DNA of 24,000 nucleotides, taken from assembly GCF_022440805.1 (NCBI RefSeq), contig NZ_JAKNTK010000001.1, positions 1,016,542 to 1,040,541 of the forward strand. The letters run 5' to 3'. The notes beneath the pieces are model-generated. The model searched no databases, was not told the origin of the DNA, and saw nothing but the letters and a program-made list of their open reading frames with translations. This DNA comes from Holdemania massiliensis (GTDB lineage: Bacteria > Bacillota_I > Bacilli_A > Erysipelotrichales > Erysipelotrichaceae). Positions within the stretch are counted from its first letter, which is position 1, and each line of letters starts with the position of its first letter. This document shows, one piece after another, positions 1-9,855 of this stretch. A program made the position numbers and the translations under genes.

Positions 1-151
1 TTCTGTGATCATGCCGAATGCGGTGATCGGTGAGGGCGCCAAGGTAACCCGCTGCATCGTCGCGGACAATGTCGAAATCAGTCCGGGCGCCGTTGTCGGC
101 CATAAGGACAGCGAGCATATTGAACTGATCGCAAAAAAGAGAGTGAAATAA
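1..151 (+). CDS. glgC: Glucose-1-phosphate adenylyltransferase, C-terminal end (truncated by window start)
   Basis: Open frame from base 2 encodes SVIMPNAVIGEGAKVTRCIVADNVEISPGAVVGHKDSEHIELIAKKRVK* (left-handed beta-helix hexapeptide pattern, stop at 149-151), directly followed by glgD. Confidence 0.85.
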   Translation, partial: SVIMPNAVIGEGAKVTRCIVADNVEISPGAVVGHKDSEHIELIAKKRVK

Positions 152-164
152 GGGGGACGGAAGT

Positions 165-1280
165 ATGTGTGACGCATTAGGAATTATTAACTTTGAAGAC
201 GCCTGTGTCGACATCACAGGTCTGATGGATTACCGCCCGGCTTCTGCGATCTCTTTTCTGGGTCGTTACCGTTTGATTGACTTCATGCTTTCCAATATGA
301 CCAATTCCGGGATTTCCCAGATTGAGGTGTTTATTAAAGACAAGCCGCGTTCCCTGATCGAACATCTGGGCAACGGCCGGCAGTACAACATCAACTCCAA
401 GCGCGGACGCCTGAGTATTTTGTATGGTGAAAACCGGATCATGTCGGAGGTTTACAATCACGATATTGCCAACTTCATGGACAACATTCAGTACATTGAA
501 GAGGTCAACAAGCCTTACGTCATCATCGCGCCGAGCTATATGATCTATCAGATCGACTTCAATGAAGTCCTGAAATATCATGCCGAAAAGAATTCAGACG
601 TAACCGTGATTTACAAATCGACGGATAATGCCAAGGAAGAATTTATCGGCTGCGATACGCTGTCGATGGATAAGGACAAGCGAATTGTCGCCTTTGAAAA
701 GAACCGCGGCAAATACAAAACCCGCAATGTTTCGCTGGAAGCTTATGTCATGACGAAAAAGCTGTTTTTGGAACTGGTCCGCAAAGCTGCCAACACTAGC
801 TCGCTGTATTGGTTCAAAGATATTTTGGCGGACAGCTGTGAAGATCTGCGGATCAACGGCTATGCGTTTAAGGGCATGGTTTACTGTGTCAACAGTCTGC
901 GCAGCTATTTCAAGGCGAACATTGAACTGCGCACGCATGCCAAGGCGCGGGAGCTGTTTAAAGAAGATTGGCCGATTCACACCCGGACCAACGATTCTGC
1001 GCCGTCGCAGTATATGCCGGAAGCGAAAATCCGCGGCTGTTCGATTGCCAATGGCTGTCATATTGAAGGCCATGTGGAAAACTGCGTCATCGGACGAAAT
1101 GTCATTATCAAACGCGGCGCTGTCGTGAAAAACAGTGTGATTCTGCCGGGGGCGTATATCGGTGAGGGCGCGAAGCTGGATCATGTTATCGTCGATAAGG
1201 CGGCGATTGTCAACCATGTTAAAAAGCTGGTCGGGACCGATGATTCCCCGATCTATGTGAAACGCAGAGATCGGATTTAA
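165..1280 (+). CDS. glgD: Glucose-1-phosphate adenylyltransferase subunit GlgD
   Basis: 371 aa; nucleotidyltransferase-like N-terminus (GLMDYRPASAISFLGRYRLIDFMLSNMTNSGI) and C-terminal hexapeptide repeats; sits between glgC and glgA. Confidence 0.93.
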   Translation: MCDALGIINFEDACVDITGLMDYRPASAISFLGRYRLIDFMLSNMTNSGISQIEVFIKDKPRSLIEHLGNGRQYNINSKRGRLSILYGENRIMSEVYNHDIANFMDNIQYIEEVNKPYVIIAPSYMIYQIDFNEVLKYHAEKNSDVTVIYKSTDNAKEEFIGCDTLSMDKDKRIVAFEKNRGKYKTRNVSLEAYVMTKKLFLELVRKAANTSSLYWFKDILADSCEDLRINGYAFKGMVYCVNSLRSYFKANIELRTHAKARELFKEDWPIHTRTNDSAPSQYMPEAKIRGCSIANGCHIEGHVENCVIGRNVIIKRGAVVKNSVILPGAYIGEGAKLDHVIVDKAAIVNHVKKLVGTDDSPIYVKRRDRI

Positions 1281-1292
1281 AGGAGGGGTCTT

Positions 1293-2726
1293 ATGAAATC
1301 AGTATTGTTTGTCGCAGCGGAAGGTTTGCCGTATATCAAAACCGGCGGACTGGCAGACGTTATCGGCTCGCTGCCGAAAATCTTGAATGAAAAAGGCATG
1401 GATGCCCGAGTTGTTTTGCCGCTGTATAAACGAATTGCTGAAAAATACCGCGGTGAGTTCACCAAGCTGAAAACAATCCCGATTCATGTCGGTGTAATCG
1501 ACACGGTCGCGACCATTTATCAGTCGCAGTGGGAAAATGTCACCTATTATTTTATCGAACATGCCGGCTATTTTGAAAGAGATGGACTTTACGGCTATCC
1601 GGATGACGGCGAACGGTTCGCATTCTATCAAAAAGCGGTGCTGGAAATGCTTTGGGCATTGGATTTCTTCCCGGATATCATGCATTGCCATGATTGGCAC
1701 ACCGGGATGATTGCAGCGATGTGCCACATTCAGTATCCGGATGATCAGCGCTATCAGCAGATCAAGCACATGTATACGATTCATAACCTGGCTTTCCAGG
1801 GGAATTTCCCAGCCGATGTGCTGACGGACTGCCTGGGCATTGACCGCCGTTATTTTGACGATGGTTCAATGCGCTTCCATAACGGTATCAGCTTCATGAA
1901 AACCGGAATTATTTTCTCGGATAAGATTACGACCGTATCGCCTTCTTATTCTCAGGAAATTCTGACCGCGCAGTATGGCGAACAGATGGATGAAGTGCTG
2001 CGGTTCAGACAGAGCGATCTGTACGGTATCGTCAACGGAATTGATACCCAGATGTGGGATCCGATGCAGGATCCGGCATTGCCGGCGCATTACAATGCAG
2101 AATCCGTGCTGGAAGGCAAGCGCGCCAACAAAGCTGCGGTTCAGAAAGAATTGGGGCTGCGGGTAGCGGACGATGTGATGATGATCGGGATTGTTTCCCG
2201 TCTGACCTGGCAGAAAGGCGTGTATCTGATCATTGAAAAGATGGCGGATATCATGGGTCTGGATATTCAGTTTGTCGTTTTGGGCACCGGGGAAACGCAT
2301 ATCGAAAATCAATTTAAGATGATGGAAGACAAATACCGCCGCCGGGCTGTGTATTACTGCGGTTACAATGATGAACTGGCGCATCGGATTTATGCCGGCT
2401 GCGACCTGTTCTTAATGCCGTCCTTGTTTGAGCCGTGCGGAATCGGTCAGCTGATTGCCATGCATTACGGGGCGCTGCCGCTGGTGCGTGAAACAGGCGG
2501 CCTGCGTGATACGGTACACCCATACAACCAGTATACTAAGGAAGGCAACGGCTTCAGCTTTACCGCCTTCAACAGCCATGACATGCTTTACACGCTGCGC
2601 TGCGCCGCGGATACCTATTATCTCAATCGTGCGGATTGGGATCAGCTGGTTCAGCAGGCGATGGGAACGGATGTCAGCTGGAACCTGTCGGCGGATCAGT
2701 ATACTCAACTCTATAACGAAATGTAA
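1293..2726 (+). CDS. glgA: Glycogen synthase (ADP-glucose type)
   Basis: 477 aa; N-terminal GLPYIKTGGLADVIGSLPKIL, TIHNLAFQG, ETGGLRDTV motifs; SD aggagggg upstream. Confidence 0.97.
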   Translation: MKSVLFVAAEGLPYIKTGGLADVIGSLPKILNEKGMDARVVLPLYKRIAEKYRGEFTKLKTIPIHVGVIDTVATIYQSQWENVTYYFIEHAGYFERDGLYGYPDDGERFAFYQKAVLEMLWALDFFPDIMHCHDWHTGMIAAMCHIQYPDDQRYQQIKHMYTIHNLAFQGNFPADVLTDCLGIDRRYFDDGSMRFHNGISFMKTGIIFSDKITTVSPSYSQEILTAQYGEQMDEVLRFRQSDLYGIVNGIDTQMWDPMQDPALPAHYNAESVLEGKRANKAAVQKELGLRVADDVMMIGIVSRLTWQKGVYLIIEKMADIMGLDIQFVVLGTGETHIENQFKMMEDKYRRRAVYYCGYNDELAHRIYAGCDLFLMPSLFEPCGIGQLIAMHYGALPLVRETGGLRDTVHPYNQYTKEGNGFSFTAFNSHDMLYTLRCAADTYYLNRADWDQLVQQAMGTDVSWNLSADQYTQLYNEM

Positions 2727-2757
2727 AAGAAGCGAAAAAAAGCTTCTTTTCTTTTTC
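2725..2757 (+). terminator. Intrinsic terminator after glgA
   Basis: AAAAGAAGC (2725-2733), loop, GCTTCTTTT (2742-2750), followed by a T-rich tract CTTTTTC; overlaps the glgA stop codon. Confidence 0.8.
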
Positions 2758-2844
2758 TTCTTTTTGAGTTGAAATTCGGCTCGAAAACAAGAAAAAAAGA
2801 CGCTCAGAGAGAGGGGAAAGCGACAATGGGGCAAGGTTGTCAAA

Positions 2845-2858
2845 AGAAAGCGCTATCA
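2845..2858 (+). promoter_or_regulatory. Candidate cre (CcpA) site upstream of pgk
   Basis: AGAAAGCGCTATCA matches TGWAANCGNTNNCA at every position except the first. Confidence 0.5.
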
Positions 2859-2893
2859 CCTTGATAAGATGATCACAAGCGGCTTTTTCCTAG

Positions 2894-2922
2894 TTTACTT
2901 CACTTCTTTCGGGTGTTATAAT
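2894..2922 (+). promoter_or_regulatory. Sigma-A type promoter for pgk-tpiA
   Basis: -35 TTTACT (2894-2899), 17-nt spacer, -10 TATAAT (2917-2922), about 28 bp before the pgk ATG. Confidence 0.8.
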
Positions 2923-2950
2923 TTGAAATGTAAAAGGAGGAATTCTTAAC

Positions 2951-4147
2951 ATGGCAAAACAAACTGTTCGTGACCTTGATGTTAAAGGAAAACGCGTCCT
3001 GGTTCGCGTCGACTTTAACGTACCTATCAAAGATGGAAAAATTACCAATGATAACCGTATCGTTTCCGCTCTGCCGACAATCAACTATCTGACAGAGCAC
3101 GGTGCAAAGGTTATCCTGATGTCGCATCTGGGCAAGATCGATCATAAAGATCCTGAAAAGTGCGAAGCTGGCAAGAAAAAGAACAACATGGCTCCGGTAG
3201 CAGAACGGCTGCAGGAACTGGTTTCCGGCAAGGTAACCTTCGTTCCGGTAACCCGCGGCGAAGAACTGGAAAATGCCATTGCAGCGATGAACGAAGGCGA
3301 CATCGTGCTGATGCAGAATACCCGTTATGAAAAGGGCGAATCCAAGAATGATCCGGATCTGGCGGCGTATTGGGCAGGCTTAGGTGATCTGTTCGTTTCC
3401 GATGCGTTCGGATCAGTTCACAGAGCGCATGCTTCGACCGTAGGCATTGCAACGCATCTGCCTAGCGCCTGCGGATTCCTGGTTCAGAAAGAAATTGAAA
3501 ATCTGAGCGCGGCCATCGACAATCCGAAGCGTCCGTTAGTCGCTATCCTGGGCGGCGCGAAAGTTTCCGATAAGATCGCAGTCATTGAGAACCTGCTGAA
3601 CATCGCGGACAAGGTCATTGTCGGCGGTGGTATGGCGTATACCTTCTTAAAGGCGCAGGGTAAGGAAATCGGTACATCTCTGTTGGAAGAAGACCGCATT
3701 GAAATGGCGAAGGAATTCCTGGCTAAGGGCGGCGATAAGCTGATTCTTCCAGTTGATTCTGTCGTTGCCAATGCGTTTGAAAACGCAACGGAAGTCAAAA
3801 CGGTCAGCAATGATGAAATTCCGGCAGGCTTCATGGGTCTGGATATCGGTCCGAAGTCGGTTGAACTGTTCAAGCAGGAACTGCAGGGTGCCAAGACGGT
3901 AGTCTGGAACGGCCCGATGGGCGTGTTTGAAAATCCAGCTTATGCTAACGGTACAATCGAAGTCTGCAAGGCTATTTCTGAACTGCCGGAAGCAATGACG
4001 GTCATCGGCGGCGGCGATTCTGCGGCAGCAGCGATCCAGCTGGGCTTCAAGGATAAGTTCACGCATATTTCCACTGGCGGCGGCGCTTCCCTGGAATACA
4101 TGGAAGGCAAAGAACTGCCGGGCATTGCAATCATTCAGGAGAAATAA
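2951..4147 (+). CDS. pgk: Phosphoglycerate kinase
   Basis: 398 aa; [39 protein letters not shown]; SD aaaggagg. Confidence 0.98.
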   Translation: MAKQTVRDLDVKGKRVLVRVDFNVPIKDGKITNDNRIVSALPTINYLTEHGAKVILMSHLGKIDHKDPEKCEAGKKKNNMAPVAERLQELVSGKVTFVPVTRGEELENAIAAMNEGDIVLMQNTRYEKGESKNDPDLAAYWAGLGDLFVSDAFGSVHRAHASTVGIATHLPSACGFLVQKEIENLSAAIDNPKRPLVAILGGAKVSDKIAVIENLLNIADKVIVGGGMAYTFLKAQGKEIGTSLLEEDRIEMAKEFLAKGGDKLILPVDSVVANAFENATEVKTVSNDEIPAGFMGLDIGPKSVELFKQELQGAKTVVWNGPMGVFENPAYANGTIEVCKAISELPEAMTVIGGGDSAAAAIQLGFKDKFTHISTGGGASLEYMEGKELPGIAIIQEK

Positions 4148-4151
4148 ATCA

Positions 4152-4895
4152 ATGAGAAAACCAATTATTGTCGGAAACTGGAAAATGAATAAGACCTGCG
4201 CAGAAGCAGTCAGCTTCATCAATGAAATTGAACCGAAGCTGCACGGCGGCGCAGATTACGGCATCGCAGCTCCGTTTACGGCGCTGAAAGACTGCGTTAA
4301 CACCGCTAAGAATTTGCTTGTTGCCGCAGAAAACTGCCACTTTGAAGACAACGGTGCTTTCACCGGTGAAGTCAGTGTTCCAATGCTGGAAGAAATCGGC
4401 GTGAAATGGTGCATTATCGGTCATTCTGAGCGTCGTCAGATGTTCAATGAAACCGATGAAACGGTCAACAAAAAGGCAAAACGGCTGCTGGAAGCAGGCA
4501 TCACTCCAATTCTGTGCATCGGCGAAACCGAAGCTCAGTTTGACGCCGGCCAGACAGAAGAAGTCATCCGTGCTCAGCTCAAAGGCGGCCTGGATGGACT
4601 GTGCCCGAAATGCGTTGCCAAGATGGTTCTGGCTTATGAGCCGATCTGGGCAATCGGTACGGGCAAGAGCGCAACGAAGGAAATTGCGCAGAACTGCTGC
4701 CACATTGTCCGCGACCAGGTTCGCGTCATGTTCGGCGATGAAGCGGCCGACAGCGTTCGTGTTCAGTACGGCGGATCCGTCAAACCGAACAACATTAAGG
4801 AATACATGGCCATGGAAGATATCGACGGCGCTCTGATCGGCGGAGCTTCGCTGAAAACGGATTCCTTTGAAGAAATCATCAACGCTACAAAATAA
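4152..4895 (+). CDS. tpiA: Triosephosphate isomerase
   Basis: MRKPIIVGNWKMNKT start (the track ORF begins upstream at 4125); GHSERRQ, YEPIWAIGTGKSA, VQYGGSV motifs; SD ggag just before the pgk stop. Confidence 0.98.
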   Translation: MRKPIIVGNWKMNKTCAEAVSFINEIEPKLHGGADYGIAAPFTALKDCVNTAKNLLVAAENCHFEDNGAFTGEVSVPMLEEIGVKWCIIGHSERRQMFNETDETVNKKAKRLLEAGITPILCIGETEAQFDAGQTEEVIRAQLKGGLDGLCPKCVAKMVLAYEPIWAIGTGKSATKEIAQNCCHIVRDQVRVMFGDEAADSVRVQYGGSVKPNNIKEYMAMEDIDGALIGGASLKTDSFEEIINATK

Positions 4896-4929
4896 GCTAA
4901 ACTGACAAAATTCCCATCGATCCTCTGTC

Positions 4930-4935
4930 TATAAT
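4930..4935 (+). promoter_or_regulatory. Possible -10 element for the small membrane protein gene
   Basis: TATAAT at 4930-4935, 22 bp before ATG 4958; no good -35 at 17 nt spacing. Confidence 0.35.
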
Positions 4936-4957
4936 GAAGCCAAAAGGAGGCGTCGTT

Positions 4958-5146
4958 ATGAAAAAGAGGATCGGCGGGATTCTGATTGTTTCCGGCGCCA
5001 TCTTGTTGCTGAATCCGACTCTGGACGTCCAACAGCTGATGGCCGGCGTGGAAACGATGCTGGTCAGCTACTGGCCGGTACTGCTGATTGTTCTGGGCCT
5101 GGCGCTGCAGAATGACAGCCGAAAAACAAAGAAAACACACCGTTAG
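4958..5146 (+). CDS. Small (62 aa) two-TM membrane protein, LiaI/LiaF-TM (DUF5668)-like
   Basis: MKKRIGGILIVSGAILLLNPTLDVQQLMAGVETMLVSYWPVLLIVLGLALQNDSRKTKKTHR; strong SD aaaggagg before ATG 4958. The track ORF starts earlier, at 4934. Confidence 0.65.
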   Translation: MKKRIGGILIVSGAILLLNPTLDVQQLMAGVETMLVSYWPVLLIVLGLALQNDSRKTKKTHR

Positions 5147-5195
5147 CATTTGACTTTTTCCCAACGTTTTTAATGAGAAGGAAAAAGGAAAATAG

Positions 5196-6524
<1,329 letters not shown>

Positions 6525-6543
6525 GTTCTAAGCACAAACCATG

Positions 6544-6577
6544 AAAGACAGACCTGAATTCGGGTTTGTCTTTTTTT
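6544..6577 (+). terminator. Intrinsic terminator after eno
   Basis: AAAGACAGACC-tgaattcg-GGTTTGTCTTT followed by a T-run. Confidence 0.85.
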
Positions 6578-6603
6578 CTTGTTAAAAATTTGTTTGTCAT
6601 CGC

Positions 6604-6632
6604 TTGACAGTCTGATCCAGTTTAGGTTTAAA
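6604..6632 (+). promoter_or_regulatory. Candidate promoter of the HAD hydrolase gene
   Basis: TTGACA (6604-6609), 17-nt spacer, TTTAAA (6627-6632). Confidence 0.55.
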
Positions 6633-6667
6633 TGAAAGCAAACAATGAATGAAAGCGGAGGAGAAAG

Positions 6668-7315
6668 ATGATAAAAGGGATAATCTTTGACTGTGATGGC
6701 GTATTAACGGATACGGAACCTAAGTTTACGAAAGGGATGATGGATCATCTGCATGCCTTGGGGATTCAGGCGGATCCGCAGGACTTGGAAACATTTTGCG
6801 GCATGACGCTGCGGCGCTCTTGCGAGGAAGTGATGAAGCGATACAAGATTGATCAGCTTGATCTTGATCAGTTTATCGAAGATGAACAGCGCTGTTATGA
6901 CCGCTATTTTCAAGATGATCAGATGTTTCCCATGCCGGGATTAATGGGGTTTTTGGATTTTCTTCAAAAACAAGGAATTCAGCTGGCGGTCGCCACTTCT
7001 TCCAGTACAGCCTACATTCAGCACCTGTTGGACTTGTTTCAGATCAAAGACCGGTTTTCTGTCGTGGTTGCTGGGGATCAGGTGGAAAATGGAAAGCCAG
7101 CCCCAGATATTTATTATAAAGCTATGGCTGAATTAGGACTGCCCGGCAGTGAGTTAGCCGTTATTGAAGATTCTGAAAATGGAATTGCCGCGGCAAAAAA
7201 AGCCGGTCTTTACACGATCGGCTTCAAGGCTTCCGAGATTGTTCAGAACACAGCGCAGGCAGATGTTGAAGTCAGGGATTATGCTGAACTTATGCAGCTG
7301 AAAAACTTATTCTGA
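6668..7315 (+). CDS. HAD-superfamily hydrolase, beta-phosphoglucomutase-like
   Basis: 215 aa; IIFDCDGVLTDTEPKFT motif I, ATSSS motif II, K90-type GKPAPDIY and VIEDSENGIAAAKKAG motifs. Confidence 0.85.
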   Translation: MIKGIIFDCDGVLTDTEPKFTKGMMDHLHALGIQADPQDLETFCGMTLRRSCEEVMKRYKIDQLDLDQFIEDEQRCYDRYFQDDQMFPMPGLMGFLDFLQKQGIQLAVATSSSTAYIQHLLDLFQIKDRFSVVVAGDQVENGKPAPDIYYKAMAELGLPGSELAVIEDSENGIAAAKKAGLYTIGFKASEIVQNTAQADVEVRDYAELMQLKNLF

Positions 7316-9325
7316 AGAGTACATAATCTGTTTCTCAAAATAAGTCAGAATTGCTTCGGAGTCCGCAGATTTCATCATAACGCTGAAATCTGGCCGGCGC
7401 AATAACGTCATTAAGCGAATCAAGATATTGGCATATTCCGGTGTGTCATAAACCGCACAGGCAAGAATGATGGAGACTGGACTGTATTGATGATTGCCGA
7501 AAGCAACCGGCTGTTTTAAACGAAGCAGTGAGATCGCAGGCTCAATGACACCATCTTGAGGTGAGGCGTGGGCTAAGGCAATTCCCGGAGCGATGACAAT
7601 ATAAGGACCATATTTTATCACCAGATCAATCATCTGCTGCAGATAATTGACGGTGATTTTTTTCTGCCAGAGAAGCAACTCACCGGCTGCAATAATCCCC
7701 TCTTTCCAATCTGTAATTTCTTTGTCAAGCAGTATTCTTTCGCTGGAAAAGAGCTTGAGAAACATTGTTTTTTCATTGAGTGTGATGGATAAAGAGAAGG
7801 CGGAGAGGCGGGACTGATCAGAAAGGGAAATCTTTCGTTTTCCTTCCAGCGTGTTTAAAAATGCTCGGATCTCAGTCAGATCTGTTTCTGTAAGCAGGAC
7901 GCTGACTGTAAGCGAAGGAACCGGAAGTGAATCCAGCGGTACAGTTGAAATAATCAAGTCGATATTTTTATTCTTAATCATTTCAGCCGCTTTATGCGCC
8001 GGACAAATATCCACCAGCTGAACATGGAAATACTTTGTGATCTGCATGGCTAGAAAATTTCCTGTTGCCATGCCGCTGCTGCAGGTAATCAAAATATTCG
8101 GAACATAATGATTCAGCTTCCCGCGTTCCATAGATGCTAAGATGTGCATTAGGATATAAGCTGTTTCGTTGTCACTCAGCGAAATATTTAATCCGTTTTC
8201 CAGAATATAAATATTTTGTTTTATGATTGCGAAATCTTTCGCATACCGGTTCTGGGTTTCCATAAGATAGGGATTCTCCAGCTTTTTTCCTGATTGAAGC
8301 CGGTGACAGCACGCTGAAATGTGAGCACACAAGTATTCCAGCAGCAGAGAATCGCTGAGGAAATCCATTTTATAAGAGAAGGAAACATTCTGCAGAAATT
8401 CTTTAATGATCATGGCAAAAAGAACGGAATCCTGAGGAGTTGAATTTATTTTCAGTACGATATCCATATCCTTCAGCGTTTTGATAAAAAACGCAGTTTC
8501 AGCTGAAATCCAATTTACCTTGGATTTCAGCGTATCGCCGACGGCTTGAGAAAAACGAACTAAGGATAAAGGAAATTCTGAGGTCTGGATGTCCTGAGCC
8601 TGATGTCCGGTCTGAATTCTGCCTATTTGGAAAATCAAGATGAACAGAATGCGGTAAAAATCCGCATCTGAGATTTCTAAATCCAGCATAACTTCTGTCT
8701 GTTTAATACAGGCCTCAGCCAGAGATCGATATTTGATGATCTTTAATATATTCGTTATATAAAGTGTGCAGGGATTGATCGGCTGAGCGGCAAAACATTC
8801 TTCATAATCCCAGTCAGGAAGCAAAGAATCAAGTAAAAAGGTCCGTTTATCATTTTCAGGACCTACGAACCAGAGACCGTCCTGCGTACTTTTGAGAAAG
8901 TGGGTATGATAAGTCTTGCTTTTAAGCTTAATCGCTTGCAGATCATTGATAATTGTATTCCGGCTGACACAGAGCAGCTCTTTTAATGTATCGTTTTTAA
9001 CAGGCGTTTCTGAACAGATCAGAAGGCAGAGTAGAATAAATTGCCGTTCGCGGCCTGACAGACGATATTCGTAGAAGGTCAGCGAGTTCATGGAAGCAAT
9101 AATATAACTGCGCTGTGCTGAGGTTCCTGTAAATCGAAATTCCTTTCCGTCAAAAAGAAGTGTCTCGCAGACTCCAAGGGATGTCAGATAATCAAAAAGC
9201 TCTTCACTGTAATTATAAATTGTTCGCTTTGAAACACCGAAGGCTTCAGAGATCTCAGTGAGTCTGAGCGGTCTTTCGGGTGTCGTTATGATTTTTTTTA
9301 GTAATGCATAAATTTGCTTATTCAT
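7307..9325 (-). CDS. PRD-domain transcriptional regulator (BglG/MtlR/LicR type) with EIIB-like and EIIA-like domains
   Basis: 672 aa; N-terminal HTH (LRLTEISEAFGVSKRTIYNYSEELFDYL), PRD-type middle regions, EIIB-like NILITCSSGMATG, C-terminal EIIA-like VIAPGIALAHASPQDGV; divergent from the PTS operon. Confidence 0.9.
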   Translation of the reverse strand: MNKQIYALLKKIITTPERPLRLTEISEAFGVSKRTIYNYSEELFDYLTSLGVCETLLFDGKEFRFTGTSAQRSYIIASMNSLTFYEYRLSGRERQFILLCLLICSETPVKNDTLKELLCVSRNTIINDLQAIKLKSKTYHTHFLKSTQDGLWFVGPENDKRTFLLDSLLPDWDYEECFAAQPINPCTLYITNILKIIKYRSLAEACIKQTEVMLDLEISDADFYRILFILIFQIGRIQTGHQAQDIQTSEFPLSLVRFSQAVGDTLKSKVNWISAETAFFIKTLKDMDIVLKINSTPQDSVLFAMIIKEFLQNVSFSYKMDFLSDSLLLEYLCAHISACCHRLQSGKKLENPYLMETQNRYAKDFAIIKQNIYILENGLNISLSDNETAYILMHILASMERGKLNHYVPNILITCSSGMATGNFLAMQITKYFHVQLVDICPAHKAAEMIKNKNIDLIISTVPLDSLPVPSLTVSVLLTETDLTEIRAFLNTLEGKRKISLSDQSRLSAFSLSITLNEKTMFLKLFSSERILLDKEITDWKEGIIAAGELLLWQKKITVNYLQQMIDLVIKYGPYIVIAPGIALAHASPQDGVIEPAISLLRLKQPVAFGNHQYSPVSIILACAVYDTPEYANILIRLMTLLRRPDFSVMMKSADSEAILTYFEKQIMYSSE

Positions 9326-9352
9326 AATTTTCTCTTATTTTAACATGCTCTA

Positions 9353-9361
9353 ATTATACCA
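9353..9361 (-). promoter_or_regulatory. Extended -10 of the PRD regulator gene
   Basis: Minus-strand TGGTATAAT upstream of the ATG at 9325; TATAAT is the complement of 9353-9358. Confidence 0.5.
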
Positions 9362-9448
9362 TAAAATGTTTACAAACCTGAATCCAAAAGGCTTCTGAAA
9401 AGGTTGAAGCATTTTGTTTGGGAAAGAAGAAAAAGCAGGATTTTGGAC

Positions 9449-9477
9449 TGTTCAAACAAGCTGAGGTCGTTTATGAT
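9449..9477 (+). promoter_or_regulatory. Candidate activator-dependent promoter of the PTS operon
   Basis: -10 TATGAT (9472-9477) with a poor -35 TGTTCA (9449-9454) at 17 nt; the weak -35 would fit a PRD activator. Confidence 0.35.
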
Positions 9478-9523
9478 GAAATCATGATCTAAGCTTAGTT
9501 TCATAAATCCGTATAGGAGGTGG

Positions 9524-9835
9524 ATGAATTTGAAAATAAAGGCCTTGATTGCCTGCGGAGGCGGAATTGCAACCTCAACCTTTGCCGCAGAAGAAATTAA
9601 ACGAATTGCGAAAGAACTGGGTGTAGATATCGAAATTGTCAAATCCCGGATCGTGGATGTTCCGGCGATGGCAAAAGATTTTGATATTTGCTTTGTCACT
9701 TCTGGATATTCCCAGGTGATCGATTGTCCGCTGGTTCGGGTTAACGGTCTGATCACCGGCATCAATGAAGAAGCGACCACTGCGGAAATTCAGACAGCAC
9801 TGCTTCAGGTTAACCAAAAACTGAACGATCAGTAG
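9524..9835 (+). CDS. PTS system galactitol-family EIIB component (GatB/SgcB-like)
   Basis: KIKALIACGGGIATSTFAAEEIKRIAKELGV, with the phosphorylatable Cys in ACGGGIATS. Start may be TTG 9530 rather than ATG 9524. Confidence 0.9.
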   Translation: MNLKIKALIACGGGIATSTFAAEEIKRIAKELGVDIEIVKSRIVDVPAMAKDFDICFVTSGYSQVIDCPLVRVNGLITGINEEATTAEIQTALLQVNQKLNDQ

Positions 9836-9855
9836 CGATCGTTAGGGAGGGAAAA

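Noticed and set aside
177-1217. Minus-strand ORFs opposite glgD (134 aa and 207 aa)
   Set aside because: They are antisense to a strongly supported gene, have no family resemblance or SD, and are typical shadow ORFs.
6632-6660. cre-like sequence TGAAAGCAAACAAT / TGAAAGCGGAGGAG before the HAD hydrolase
   Set aside because: Both candidates miss several fixed consensus positions, unlike the pgk site.
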